DNA of 64,000 nt from the human T2T-CHM13v2.0 reference genome, Homo sapiens, in NCBI RefSeq assembly GCF_009914755.1, contig NC_060931.1; one strand, given 5' to 3'. Below the pieces are notes generated by a model. That model was given only the letters and a program-made list of their open reading frames with translations. It was not told the DNA's origin and searched no databases. Shown here piece after piece: positions 25,340 to 45,559 of this stretch; position 1 is the first letter of the stretch; every line of letters begins with the position of its first letter. The translations under genes and the position numbers were made by a program.

Positions 25340-26790
25340 TTTCATTTGCAATTTATGACATTTCTTGAAGGTTTACTATGTGTCAAGAACTGTTCTGCTA
25401 CTGGAGATACGGTAACAAAGGAAAATGACAACATTCCCTGCCTCATTGAGGTTACACTGCAGTGTGAAAAGCAAGTAAAAAATAAAATAAAATATATAAC
25501 ATTCCAGACATTGATAATGCTGAGGAGAAAATTAAGCAGGAGAGGCAAGTAGACAGAATGTGAATGCAAATTTAAAGGCTGGTCAGGGAAGACTTAATGA
25601 GATATTTGATCAAAGACCTGAAGAAAGTGAGCTCATAATCCTGGTGAACTCCCTGGAGAAACAGTACTTCAGGCAGGGGAAAGAGAGCAGCAAAGGCAAA
25701 AGCCTTGAGGTACAAGTGTCCTGAAATGTTCTGAAATGGTGTGGAGGCTCAGGTGAGAATGGTAAAGTGAGCAAGGGGGAAATTAGATGGAGAAATTGGC
25801 TAAAAAGGTAATGAAGAAGAATTAAGGAGGGAGACCCAATTTTATAGGCCTTTCTATGGGCTGACTTTTACTTTGAAGGAGACGGGAAGCACTGGAACAT
25901 TTTAAACAGTGGGTAGCATGATCTACTTACTTTTTAACAGATCATATTGCTGTGCCAAAAATAATTGGGGTATGAGGCATAATGAGGGTTGAAGTAGGGA
26001 GGCATGTTGAAAGGCTATGGCAATGATCCCAGTGGGTTATAATCCTGCTGACTTTGGCTAGGGTGATAGCAATAGGGGTGATATAAAGTAATGAGGTTTT
26101 AGATACAATGTGAAGATGGAGCCAACAGATTTTCTAATTGAGTGGATGGGGAAGTCATTGGTGTCCTTACCAAGAGGAATTTGGATGGCATGGAAGTAGC
26201 AAACACCTTTTTATAGTGGGGTTAAGACAGATGAGGAAGAAAGGAATTGCACATAGATTATAGACAACATGTCTTAAATGTTTTGCTTTAAAGTAACAGT
26301 AGTTAGAGAGGAAGTGGGGTCAACAGACGATTGTTTTTATTTCAACAAGGAGAAACAACAGCAGTTTTATATTGATGTTAATTATAAAGCAGATAGTAGA
26401 AATTGATGAGAGAGGAAATGACAGCCAAGCAATACAGTAGGTGAGAGAGAATGGGAGCTAGTGTACAGCAGAAACAGTTGTTCAGTTAGGATCATGGACA
26501 ATGAATTAATACTAATGAAGGGAAAAGACAGGATTGAGGCTGTGATGTAATAGGTGAGTAGATTGAGTGGTGTAGTTTTGGAAAGTTGTTTTTGGTCCTG
26601 TTAACTTATGGAATAGGAAGCAAGATTTTCAGTGGAGAGCAAGGATAACAATGGCACAGGCAGTGTTGGCCATGTGAGGAAGGAGGTGACAGTGAGAAGT
26701 AGTTGAAGACAAAGAACAAAAGTGAGAGAGAGAGAAAGAACTCAATGTTTAGGTGAAGGTGTGGGAATAAGTGACTGAGGTTGTGCAAAG
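25340..26790 (-). mobile_element. L2 LINE (L2a-like 3' end and upstream body)
   Basis: 'tttactatgtgtcaagaactgttct...tccctgcctcattgaggttacact', 'caaaggcaaaagccttgagg', 'gaagatggagccaacagatt'. Confidence 0.85.
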
Positions 26791-27776
26791 AACATTATTG
26801 TTGGAGAGAAAGTCAAGGCCAGAATATCATGTATCCATACATTGACTTCAATCAATAAGAATCATAATAGTAAGCATATTGCAGAAAACAAAAGTTAGAA
26901 GCTGAAATTCCAAAGTTTTAGTGAACAGTTTGGTTTGAGTTTAAACCTCTGTTTTCATTTTTATTGAATACATGAACACAATTTCAAAAATGTTTATTTT
27001 TTCAAATTATTGCCTTATTTTCTTTCCTCTTTCTTTAAGCAATTAAGAATTTATGACTACCCTGTGATGAGTGGGTTATATGAAGTTTTTAAATTATAGG
27101 GCATGCCCCATAATGAATCCAAATTTGAAATAGTCACTCGATAATTTACACCTAGAAAGTAACAATTTACACTGGGTAGAAATGAAAAAAAATACCAATT
27201 TTGTTTATTTTATCCATACTTTCAGAGAAAATAAAGTTTTGAAAAGATATGGCTAGCAAATATGTGCAAACCTAAAATGTTACATGTATTGAGTTTAATA
27301 ACTTTGATGAATGTCCAGCTAGCAAAGAAACTTAAGCAAAATACTTAAGAAACAGTCATAAGTGAAATCCATTACAAACCCAGCATTTCACATTGGGCCA
27401 TCAATCATAAGCAAGATGCCAACTGTGAATTACATGAATATTTGGGTGTGAGAGGGCATCATCAATAATACCTAGTGTTAATAGAGAACCATCAGACCTA
27501 TGCTCAGTTGCCCACTGGAAATAGTCATTGATCTGCTCTTATGGCATGAAAAAGACTTATGAATTCTGGACACTATTTTGAAGCAGGTCTCTACATGCTG
27601 CCTTTTCAAGCACCTACAAGATTAATAAAACTTCACCTACTTTTAGTTTCGTACGGTTTAGACCTTTCCAAATTGGATACTGGGGAAAGGATATATAAGA
27701 TTAAAGAGGAATCTAAGTTGATACTAAAGTGCTGAGAACTAAACAGTGGAATAGGAATCCAACTAGTGTGAGCCAT

Positions 27777-28217
27777 TATTTTGGTCCATTTTGCATTGGT
27801 ATAACAAGATACCCGAGGCTGTGTAATTTATAAATGAGAGAGGTTTATTTGGCTTATGATTCTGGAGGCTGGGAAGTCCTATAAGCATGATTCTGGCATC
27901 CACTTGACTTCTGGTGAGGGCCTTATGCTGCATCACAACATGACAAGGAAACAAAAGGGAAAGCCAGTGTGTACAGAGTGTCGTGCAAGAGAGGCTAGGT
28001 TCATTTATAACAACCTGCTCTGTTGAAAACTAATTCATTCCAGAGAGAGAGAAAAAACTCACTCATTCCCATGAAAGGGCATTAATCAATCTGTTCATGG
28101 GGCAGTGCCTCATAATTCAAATACCTGTCACTAGGCCCCACCTCCCAGTACTGCCATATTGAAAATATAATTTCAACATGAGTTTTGTCAGGGGCAAACT
28201 AGATCCAAATCATAGCA
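27777..28217 (-). mobile_element. MaLR solo LTR (MSTB/C-like)
   Basis: 'gaggtttatttggcttatgattctggaggctgggaagtcc' to 'atccaaatcatagca'. TSD gccat / accat. Confidence 0.88.
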
Positions 28218-28441
28218 ACCATATCTCAAGTTGTAAGTCTGATCCCTAAAATGAAAAACACAAACTGAATACAGCAATATTTATTAACATTTGAAGACTC
28301 CAAGATATTTGAATTCTGACCAATTCAAATTTTAAGGGATCTTAGCTTAAGGCATGGGAAATTCCACATACCATAAAGTGTTTAGATTTAATCTTTAGTT
28401 TGTATATAGCAATGACTGTAGTAAGCATTTTCATTTGCTAT

Positions 28442-29044
<603 letters not shown>

Positions 29045-29053
29045 GTTTGCTAT

Positions 29054-29283
29054 GAAAGAAAGAAAAGAAGAGAAGAGGAGAGGAGAGGAGAGGAGAGGAG
29101 AGGAGAGGAGAAGAGAAAAGAGAAAGGAAGGAAGGAAGGAAGGAAGGAAGGAAGGAAGGAAGGAAGGAGAAAAGAAAGAAAGAAGGAAAGAAAGAAAGGG
29201 AAAGAAAAAGAAGGAAGGAAGGAAGGGAAAGAAAGAGAGAAAGAGAGAGGGAGGGAGGAAGGAAGGAGAGAGGAAGGAAGGAA
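29054..29283. repeat. Pure polypurine tract with (GAGAG)n, (GGAA)10 and (GAAA)n
   Basis: 230 nt without C or T; ten consecutive GGAA at 29126-29165. Confidence 0.97.
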
Positions 29284-30274
29284 TTTAATTTGCAAGGAGT
29301 ATTTTAGAATGTGTATACACTAAGAGAACAAAAATAAATTCATCAAATTAGCAAAAATCAAGGTGATTTGAGGAAAAGGAGGAAGTTTGATGAACACTAT
29401 AAATATGTGTGAATGAGTAGGGATAGGCATGGATTGATTCACAAACTTTGGAACACATAACCTATCATCCTTTATTTCTATCTGCATCATAGAGAAAACT
29501 TTGAAAGAAAACATCTGTTGGTCTAACAAAATCTCAGTAAGATTCTTGCAGTAAATAAACATGACCATTATGAAGAACACTTTTCCCCAGTTGTACAAGA
29601 GGAGACTGACATTATATTATGAATATTATATGATGTTATACATTTCTGATGAGACAGCTATTGACTCATGAAAGAAACAAGGACAAAAATGTATTCAAAC
29701 CCAGAGAAAATCAGAGTTAAAAATGTGAAGTAGAACAAAGCTACTGGAGCAAGAATTCTGATATTTATGCTTAATATAGAGAATAAGGAAGGACTGAGTC
29801 AAGCAAGAAGAAACTGCTAGAGAATGGCTTTAGAAATTTGATGCTGGGCTGATGAAAAAGCTGATTCAGAATGCTCATCATGTATAATCCAGAGTGAGGA
29901 GAAACTAGTTCAGGTTTTTTGTTTATGATTTATCTGCTTTTCTTCAAAGCTGTGTTTGTAGATTTAGAGAGAACAGTGTTGTTTTACATTGGTTGTCACA
30001 CTGGGACCAAGTTAGAAAAGGCCCTAGTTTTCTCCCTAGCAGCTAAGGGAAATATCTTTGTCAGACATATAACAAAATATGCAATGACCAAGAATTCGGA
30101 AATCTAGTTGGTCTTTGCAACAAAAGCACCAACCTAAACATTTGCCTGCCTATGCATATTTTGAAATCCAACATTTTTTCTCGTAAGTTTCTCCTTCTAC
30201 TGAGGCCAACCATATGATCTTCTGAAAGCACTCCAGAAGGGCTGGTGAGAGGAGATTGAGAAAATACAAGGAAA

Positions 30275-30692
30275 ACTGCTATTGCGCCGGCCCATTGTCC
30301 AATACTCCTGTGCTACCCCTCAAACTTTCCTGCTGTCTTCATTCCAGATACATGGGGTAATTGCACTTCCTTGCCTCCTTAAGGTAAGGAATGATGACGT
30401 GATTTTCTTTAGAAAATAGAATGTTAGTGGAGGTGATATATCACCTCTAGGTAGAAGCATTGAATCGTCATTGTGAGATTTTCAGAACATTCTTTTTTTG
30501 CTGCCATAATCATGGAATCAGGTGTTGATGTGGAGAGGTAAAGCTGAGCTATCACAAAGAGGACAGCTGCCTGGAGGGTCACCAGACATACAGTGCACCT
30601 TGCATGAACAAAACTTAACCCTTGTTTTTCTGCCACTGGTATTTGGGGGTTGTTTATTACTGTGCCATACCTTGCCTATCCTGACTATTACA
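30275..30692 (+). mobile_element. Old MaLR LTR (MLT1I/J-like)
   Basis: 'ttgcacttccttgcctcctt', 'gctgcctggagggtcacc', 'ccactggtatttgggggttgtttattac...tcctgactattaca'. Confidence 0.8.
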
Positions 30693-31127
30693 AGTTCCAA
30701 CTTCCCCAGAGACTCAGAAAAAAACAAGTGAAATATTTTAGTTCTTTGATGTCAGAAATGGTGGACAATAATGGACGTTTTACATTAGCCAGCTCAATTG
30801 CAACTTTACCATCATAGTTTACAAGACCACCTTTTACTGGTTTTTATTAAAGTATAACACTTAATGAAACTATTTACTTAAAACTACGTATCTAATGAAG
30901 TTAGTTATGAAAAGCTAGTCTACTGACTCTCATTTCATACTCACTCACCTCTACTTTTCTAGAATTTCTTTGAATTACAAGCCCTTTAAAGGAATGACAA
31001 TTTAGCCTAAATCTCTTAGAAGATTTCTTCCCCACCTTTTAATTTAGATGTAAAATAGGATTGCATTTTCATCTTCTTCCTGTATTCATTTTATAGGACT
31101 TATTTCTAAACACTTATATGCTATATA

Positions 31128-31320
31128 TCTGGGGTCAGGAGATTAAACAGGCCAGACAGTAAATATTTTCAGCTTTGCAGACCAGGCGATCTCTGCTGAA
31201 ACTTCTCCACTCTGTCATTGTGGCGTGAAAGCTATCATACGCAGTAATCAACAGGTGAGTATGTTAATTTACAGAAACAGGTAGAAGGTTATTTTTGGCC
31301 ATGGGCCAAATCTAGCTGTA
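31128..31320. mobile_element. MER58A-like hAT-Charlie MITE
   Basis: 'ggccagacagtaaatattttcagctttgcagacca...ctctgtcattgtggcgtgaaagc...tttacagaaacagg'. Confidence 0.8.
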
Positions 31321-32744
31321 GATATTACTTCCAGTTTAAATCACATCCATATAATTTCATGTTATCAGCTATCATTATAGCATATTTTGAAACTATGTTA
31401 ATCAAAATCACCATTCCATCTGACAATTTATCTGATGTTCCACAGCCATGAAATAGAACACGTATCTTATTTATGCTGGGAACTCTAGATTTAATATCCT
31501 TTAAAAAAATAATTTCTCACAATACAAGCTACATAGGACTAGATATAAAAAAGAAGAAACTAATATAAGTTTTATATCTTTCTAGGATATTCAGAAGTCC
31601 ATTTTTTCCTGATATTATATTTTAAATGGATTTCTTTATGTAAACATAATTTTTTGTTCCATACTAAAACCAAGAGATAAAAATCTTAGTGGGATAAAGG
31701 AAAGAAACAGGTTGTAGCCAAAGCAGAACAGAGATACATCTTTAAAATTGTTTTTAGAAAATGAAATTATGACTGACATGGCCTAACATCTCTCCATCAG
31801 GGAAAAGCTAATCCATATCAAATTAGTTCTGTGTTTGTTTGTTCAAAATAAAATGTCCCTGAAATAGTCACATATAAAGGAGACAGTTGAAAAGAAGAGT
31901 AAAGGAAGAAAAAGAAAAAAAAAGGTATGCATGCAAATCTGAAACTGCTAGGAGGAAAACAAAACAATTTTACTCTTTTTAATTTTAATCTCAAATTAAT
32001 TTATTTTAATGCAACATATTTTGAATTACTGGGACAAAGAAGCAAACAAGGAAGCCAGCCATGACAAATGTAGTTATGTGGAGCATGTAGTTATGTGAAG
32101 AAATGAATTATAATAAGACACAAGGCTATTTTTGTTTCCTGCTTCAAATAGCATGTATTTGGAGGAAGAAGATATATGTATCATATAACAGTGCAGTGTC
32201 TCAGAAGCACATCCAGGACTCTAATTAAAATCAATTTTACTGGCTTAGAAAATACATATATGAACTTTGTCTTTTAAGGTACGTAGTTTTTTCTTGCATA
32301 GACTGCTGAATACACTGGTCAGTTTCTAAATGAACTGGGATGAGTTCTCATCTGACTGTTTCCATCCTCACTCAGAATATAAGGACAAGATTTTCAAAGG
32401 GAGGAAAGTAAATCGAGGCAGGTTGGAATGGTTCAGGCATGAAGTGATCATAATCTGTTGCTGTGTTCCACCCAAATGAGGAAGTGCTTCTAAGTTCAAG
32501 CTGCTTTAACTGCAGCGTAACTGCCACAAAGCTGGAGATGTCACTGAGACAATGAACAGGACTGAACACTGAAAGTGGAGTGGCTGACAGATTTACACAT
32601 AGACATACTGGATTAAAGCTTGCTCTCCTAAAACCAACTCTGTCGGCTTGTGCAAATTATTTAATCATTCAGAGTTTTGGCTTTCTCAACTGTTAGGTTG
32701 AGCTATCTGAAACTGCAAATATTAGACTATGTTTTTGAATTATG

Positions 32745-33742
32745 TTTTTTTTTAAGTTCTGGGGTACATGTGCAGGATGTGCATATTTGTTACATAGGTA
32801 AACGTGTGCCATGGTGGTTTGCTGCACCTAACAACCCGTCACCTAGGTATTAAACCCAGCATGCATTAGCTCTTTTCCCTAATGCTCTCTCCACTCCCCC
32901 CCTCCCTTGACAGGCCCCAATAAGTGTTGTTCCCTTTCCTGTGTCCATGTGTTCTCATTGTTCAGCTCCCACTTATAAGTGAGAACATGTGGTGTTTGGT
33001 TATCTATTCCTGTGTTAGTTTGCTGAGGATAATAGCTTCCAGCTTCATCCATGTCCCTGCAAAGGACTTGATCTCTTTCCTTTTTATGGCTGCATAGTAT
33101 TCCATAGTGTATATGTACCAGATTTTCCTTATCCAATCTGCCATTGATGGACATTTGGATTGATTCCATGTCTTTGCTATTGTGAATAGTGCTGCAATGA
33201 ACATACTTGTGCATGTATCTTTATAATAGAATTCCTTTGGTTATATACCTAGTGATATGGTTTGGCTGTGTCTCCACCCAGATCTCATCTTGAATTGTAC
33301 CCCCATATTTCCCACATGTTGTGGGAGGGATCTGATGGGAGATAATTGAATCATGAGGGCGGTTTTCCCCATACTTTTCTCATGGTAGTGAATAACTCTC
33401 ACAAGATCTGATGGTCTTATAAGGGGTTTCTGCTTTGGCTTCTCTCCCATTCTTTCTTGCCACCACCATGTAAGAAGTGCCTTTCACCTTCCACCATGAT
33501 TGTGAGGCCTTCCCAGCCATGTGGAACTGTGAGTTCAATAAACCTGTTTCTCTTCCCAATTTCGGGTATGTCTTTGTCAGCAGTGTGAAAATAGACTAAT
33601 ACACCCACTAATGGGATTGCTGAGTCAAATGGTATTTCCAGTTCTAGATTTTTGAGGAATTGCTACACTGTCTTCCACAGTGGTCGAACTAATTTGCATT
33701 CCCACCAACAGTATAAAATCATTCCTCTTTCTCCACAACCTC
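32745..33742 (-). mobile_element. 5'-truncated L1PA (approx. PA8-11) 3' end, interrupted by THE1
   Basis: 'ttttaagttctggggtacatgtgcagga'. ORF 33004..33204 'MFIAALFTIAKTWNQ..CP' is the ORF2p C-terminus. Confidence 0.95.
33253..33603 (+). mobile_element. THE1 (MaLR) solo LTR inside L1PA
   Basis: 'tgatatggtttggctgtgtc' to 'gactaataca'. TSD cctag / cccac, each one change from the L1 site cccag. Confidence 0.95.
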
Positions 33743-34991
33743 AATATTATGTGGTTCAAACTATATAGAACAGAACTAATAGTTTATATATGATTGGTGG
33801 CTGCCATTAAATAGAATGTTTCTATAAACTTATGAGTATGCATAAATGTACATATAATTTCTTTGAATTCCTCAAATAAGACTTATTAATTAGAAGGTAT
33901 TATGTAATAATGGTTGCAGTTTGTCACTTTTAACTAATTTATTTCTATAGACCAATTAATAATTGATCAGTTAATGTTTATTATTAAAGAAATACAAATT
34001 GCACACTAGAATCATTTATTCAATCATGAGTATACTCTGCAGTCCTAAAGTTTGCTTTATGACTGGTGGAGCATTTGCCAAGTCATGACATGTTCTGTCC
34101 AACAATGTGCTTCCCTGATGTCATATTAATACACATGTTTGAAACCTGTCTTATTCTAAGTTAGCTTAGGTTTGTTAACCTGATACTGACAAGTTCTGCT
34201 CAGATGTTCCAATGACGATCTCACTTGTGGCCACTTTCTCCATAAACAAGCCTGTAGGTGTAGATAAGAGATCTATTACTAATTGAAACGGTATCCGTGT
34301 CTTACACAGGCATTCAGCTCCAGTGAAGCTCAGTAATACAGAAAAGAAACACTCAGAAGATATTTGCTGAGAAAAAAAATTTTTAAATATACTCATTGAA
34401 AGTTATTTATTTACCTCTTTACCTGAGTGCATATTTTTACAATATAAGCTGCTATAATGCTAAAGTAAAACCTGAGGATTTGGGCCAATTATTTATCTGA
34501 GATCTTAAAATTGAATAAACCCAGGGTGAGAGGGGGTGTTTATATGATGAGAGAATAAAAGCATTTCAGCAGAAAGTGGTCACTATTTCTAGGTTTATAA
34601 AGGAACCTCTAGTGAGTAGTTTGAGAGCTGAAGAAACAGAGTACAAGCCATAACTGATAATGAGATGTGATAGAATGGCTCATAAGATTTATAATTACTA
34701 TTAAACCATTTAAGATAGTTGGCTTGCATTGGGTTGCAGCAAATGGTAGGTGTTGCAATGTACCTTCTATGTAAATTTCATAGAATCTTTTTTAGATTAT
34801 TAAAATTTAAAGCACTTTAGGAAAACATTTAAAGTCAGAAGGAATCTTCATTCTTCTTAGTTTTTATATCTGGAGTTTACTGAAGGTGACATCAGTGGGA
34901 GACGCTATAAACCTCAACAGTTTCAATCATACACTGCAAACTAGAGGCTACTAAATATTTTATTGCTCTTTCATTCTTATTTATTCCACAG

Positions 34992-35040
34992 GTTTCAGAC
35001 TGTTCTCCTAGAAATAACTGGCAATGCAACCTGAACCTTG
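34992..35040 (+). other. Candidate short exon
   Basis: Strong acceptor 'ctctttcattcttatttattccacag|g' and donor 'ttg|gtaaat'. Motif evidence only. Confidence 0.3.
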
Positions 35041-36144
35041 GTAAATTCTGTAAAGCTTCCTGCTCCCTTAGAAACTCTGTTGAGATCAAATATCTTGACC
35101 AAATTTTAAGAGAAAACAAATGGTCCCTTTAGACAGCCACCTCTTGCCTCCTAGTGAGCTTCATCTACTTCCTGGAGAACCAGAGTCCTTCTCATGCTTT
35201 CAGGATCCATCATCTAGAAAAAGCTTCTTTGGCATCTATCTTTAATTTTATAGATTATTTTATAATTATTTTATAACTTACAATAATGGTAGTTAATAGA
35301 ATAATACACAGTTTTCTTGGAGATAATTACTTATCTTCAGCTGACAGCCCATAAAAGTGGCCAGTGATGTAAATTTTAAGCACTTTAATAAGTTTATATA
35401 AGGTCACCGGTCATAAATCAATCAAGAAGCATTTACTCTGTACCCAGTAGCACACTAGGTGTTGTGGAGCATTACAACATAAGATGAAAGTTCTGCCACA
35501 AAATGACATCTGATTTAGTAATGCACAGCTGCTAGAGGAAAATTGCCCAAAGGCCAAAACTTGCAAAAGCCAACCGAGTACAATGTGAGCCTATGGTGTT
35601 TGCCAACAAATAATAATCCAGCAGAGGTCTCATTCAGGAGGCAAAAATACTCCATAATAGCTGTGTATAGAGAAGCAGAGGAAGGGAGGAAGAGAGGAAA
35701 GGAAGAAGGGAGGGAGGGAGGGATTTACAACAGAAAAACCTGGACATAACAATGACACTTAGTGATAATTCCACAAGTATTTTGTAGAGTGAACATTTGA
35801 AAAGATTTTTGAAGAATAATCTTGTTATTCTCCTTCTGCCAAGAACCACGTGTAGCTAGCCTGTTCAGGCTGCTTTTATGGAGGTTGGTTAGCTTGATAG
35901 TCTTGAGCCTGGGAAATAAGTACAGCAGTCTGAGTCATTATCTGGAAAAAAATGCTTCTCAATTCTACTCTTAACTTCTCCCCCACAGCTCTCAAATTAA
36001 ATTTATGCCAAAATGAACAGCAATGAATGGTAGCATGAATCAGAAAACAATGTCGACAATAGCAGCAACCTCTGGAGTACAGAAGTAGGAATAAAGTGAA
36101 CTTGCTTACTGACAATGAAGTTGTGGGATGATGGCCTCTTGGAG

Positions 36145-36480
36145 CTGGGATGGTAATCAGATTGCACATGGGACAGATTTAACTAACAAATGAGTTTTAT
36201 TTGGTCTGCACAGTGTTAGATCACCAAGTAGTTTTTTAACTTTTTAAATTCACTCCCAACTAACTTCACCTAAAACTATGATGTCTAGTTCTTCTCAACA
36301 TTAAGTGATCTGACAACACTGGTTCTGTATTTCCTGTCCTTACCACACTGGCTGGAATGGAGTGGCAGGTGCCCTCTTTAGATCAAGCATGCCCTCTTCA
36401 TTTCCAACTCATTATTTCTGTTGGCTCCATGATCATTTACCCTTTCCTGACACCTGTAGTTGTTTGAAATGGAGCTCTGA
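36145..36480. mobile_element. MER102-like hAT-Charlie element
   Basis: 'ttttatttggtctgcacagtgtt...gatctgacaacactgg...ggctggaatggagtggcaggtgccctc'. Confidence 0.65.
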
Positions 36481-36739
36481 ATTAGACTATCATGTAACTT
36501 TGAGCATCATCCAGTCAACAGGCTACTGTCCTGCTTGGGTGTCTCAAGCTCATCCTAGTCTAGGCATGGGCTTAGGAGGGAATAAGAGAGACAGACAATC
36601 GTTGGTGTTTCTGCATTTCCAGTGCTCAGCTGGTTGACTTCCTGCCTGACAACAATGAGTGTGCAAGAATTTAAGCATCAGCCTCTTTTGTGGTAAATCT
36701 GTATCTCAAATAATAAAAAAACTGATTAATGATTATCGC

Positions 36740-43398
<6,659 letters not shown>

Positions 43399-43589
43399 AT
43401 CTGTTATTGATTTTTCTCAGGTTTTATGTTTGATATGTCAGGCATTGACTCTTGGGTTTTACGTAAGTGAAGGTGATAATAACAATACAAACTACTTCTA
43501 CTTTTGAGCACAATGTTCAAGCCACACTGGAACATACTTCTTATCACACTTCTTATCTCATTTAGTTTCTCCAACAACCCTAGAAGATG

Positions 43590-44030
43590 CTATAGTGGAA
43601 GCTTGTTGTTTTTAGCTGCCCAGGGTTCTTTCTGCCTCCTACTGGCAATAATATCCTTACTTCCCTTTAGAGAATTATCTACCACCTCCTAAATCTTGGC
43701 ACCTTTTTCAGGGCTATCAATCACATTATTGCCCCATAAGCCACTAAAGGTGGGTATATGAGCCAAATAAGCCCAAGAAAACCCTACTGAGAATTTGAGT
43801 TTCGAGCAGAATGATGCTAGTACAGAAAAAGATTTGGTCAGATTCAGCTCCATGGTGCTGGCCAGAAAGATCTTATATGAGTTTTTAATCCAGATACCAG
43901 AGCTACCATGGTTCCTATATTTTCAGATGTAAGCTACCCCCTATCCTTTCAATAAATTTATTTTTTGCTTAAGTTAGCTGGAAAAAGCATTCATTGATAT
44001 AACCCAATGTGCTATTATGAGATGATTAAC
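43590..44030 (+). mobile_element. Old ERVL/MaLR LTR remnant (MLT1K/LTR33-like)
   Basis: The end 'ttcaataaatttattttttgcttaagttagc' is typical of these LTRs; the rest is heavily diverged. Confidence 0.45.
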
Positions 44031-44069
44031 TTCTAAAAAATCAGTTGCACCTTTAGAAGGGAATGTTTA

Positions 44070-44310
44070 TGACATAGCACAAAAAACATACAATATGGAA
44101 TCCTACCTATTAATAGTTGAATCTCAGGTTCAGCTGTTTTGAACCTGAACAAGTTGCTTCATTTTTCTACTGCTCAGTTTTGTTAGTTATGAAATGGGGA
44201 TAATAATACTGTAATACTAATCTTTCAAAGTTGTTGTAAGAAATTATTTATATAATGCCTGCATAATAGGTATAAAACATCTAAAGTATTAGTTGTAGTT
44301 GTTTTAGTTT
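44070..44310 (+). mobile_element. MIR SINE
   Basis: 'gaacctgaacaagttgcttcattttt...ctcagtttt...tatgaaatggggataataatac...gttgttgtaaga'. Confidence 0.75.
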
Positions 44311-45559
44311 ATGTTATTATTATTACTTTTATTATTCAAAGATTCATTCAAATAGGCTAAGCCCTGGCAAACTTTTCAAAAGGACTTCTACAACCTGAAT
44401 GTTATTTGCGGCAAGCTATCACAAAATATGTTTGGCTAGCTTTGCCTCATGGTGTATAATGTCTATTGAAAACTAATCCTACAACTCTATTTTTATTGTA
44501 TATTTTCCTCCTTGAATGAGAGAAAAGTGAGATTTTTTTTTCTTTTCTCATTTCTAATTTTCATGGTCACAGGCAGAGGAACTTTTATATTTGCCATGGA
44601 TATAGAACTGATTCAGTAAGAATATGACCTGAGAGAATGGTTTATTGAGAGTAGAACAGTAGGTGTTATAATTTCATAAAGAAATCAATATGCTTAATTC
44701 ACATAAATTCTGTTTTAAATTTGATATGAAGAACATTTAGAGGAGAAAATGATGCTTGTTCACATTCTAAACTCAGGGAAACTTTTTCTTCCAATTCTAT
44801 ATAACAAGGCAGCTATTGTGCATATTATATATATTATAGACAAATATATTTTCACTATAAAACATGACATATGATAATTTCCTTGAAACTAGAATTTATA
44901 TTTCCTTCACTTTTGTCTCCTCATAGTACAGACCCTTTCAGAGAAGAGATGTATGATGAACATTTATTCCAATTATGAAAAAAGGTTGAATATATGAGTA
45001 TGGACATTCTTTCTCCAGTTATCTCAGGAAATATATATACTACCAACAGTCTGTGACTAATCATAAAGGTCTGATTTTAAATGGAGTTGGAAAAAGAAAT
45101 GCAAAGAAATATTTGCTGATTCTAATGATCAACGAATTGATAACAAAGCTATCTCTAAAACTTGTTGCTAGATAATGCAATTCTTAAGTCCTCCATGTTT
45201 GAGAAGTTGTTTCATGAGCTGACTGCCAAAATCCAGCTAACTCACAGATCAAAAGAAGTTTAAAAATTAGAACCATGTTATGTAGCCTAATCAGGATTCC
45301 AAAACCTCTCCAACAAGCTGGGGAAAAAAATAGGCCATATTTAACAATATACAATTAGATATGGGTAAATATAAAGTTTTTTCACTTAGAACAAGAAAAG
45401 AAAAAAGAAAAGAGACAGAAAGATGAAAGAGAAGGAAAGAAAGAGAGAAAAGAAAGGAAAAAAGAAAAAAGGAAGGAGAGAGAAAGAGGCTATAATAGTG
45501 AAGTAAAGAAATCACCCAAGCTAGAATTTTCACAACAGGAAATACCAGTTAGCAATGTA

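Larger units (their letters stand above)
32693..33763. mobile_element. MADE2-like mariner MITE split by the L1PA insertion (halves ~32693-32744 and ~33743-33763)
   Basis: Left 'ttaggttgagctatctgaaactgcaaatattagactatgtttttga' and right 'tatgtggttcaaacta' resemble the recalled TIR ttaggttgaaccatatgaaattgc. Confidence 0.55.

Noticed and set aside
30430-30447. Perfect 18-bp palindrome gaggtgatatatcacctc
   Set aside because: MLT1 LTRs carry a quasi-palindrome (gaagtga...tcacttc) at this position, so the host element explains it.
34180-34251. 72-nt minus-strand open exon-like segment (LFMEKVATSEIVIGTSEQNLSVS)
   Set aside because: Weak donor (GTTAAC), no recognisable protein and no partner exons.
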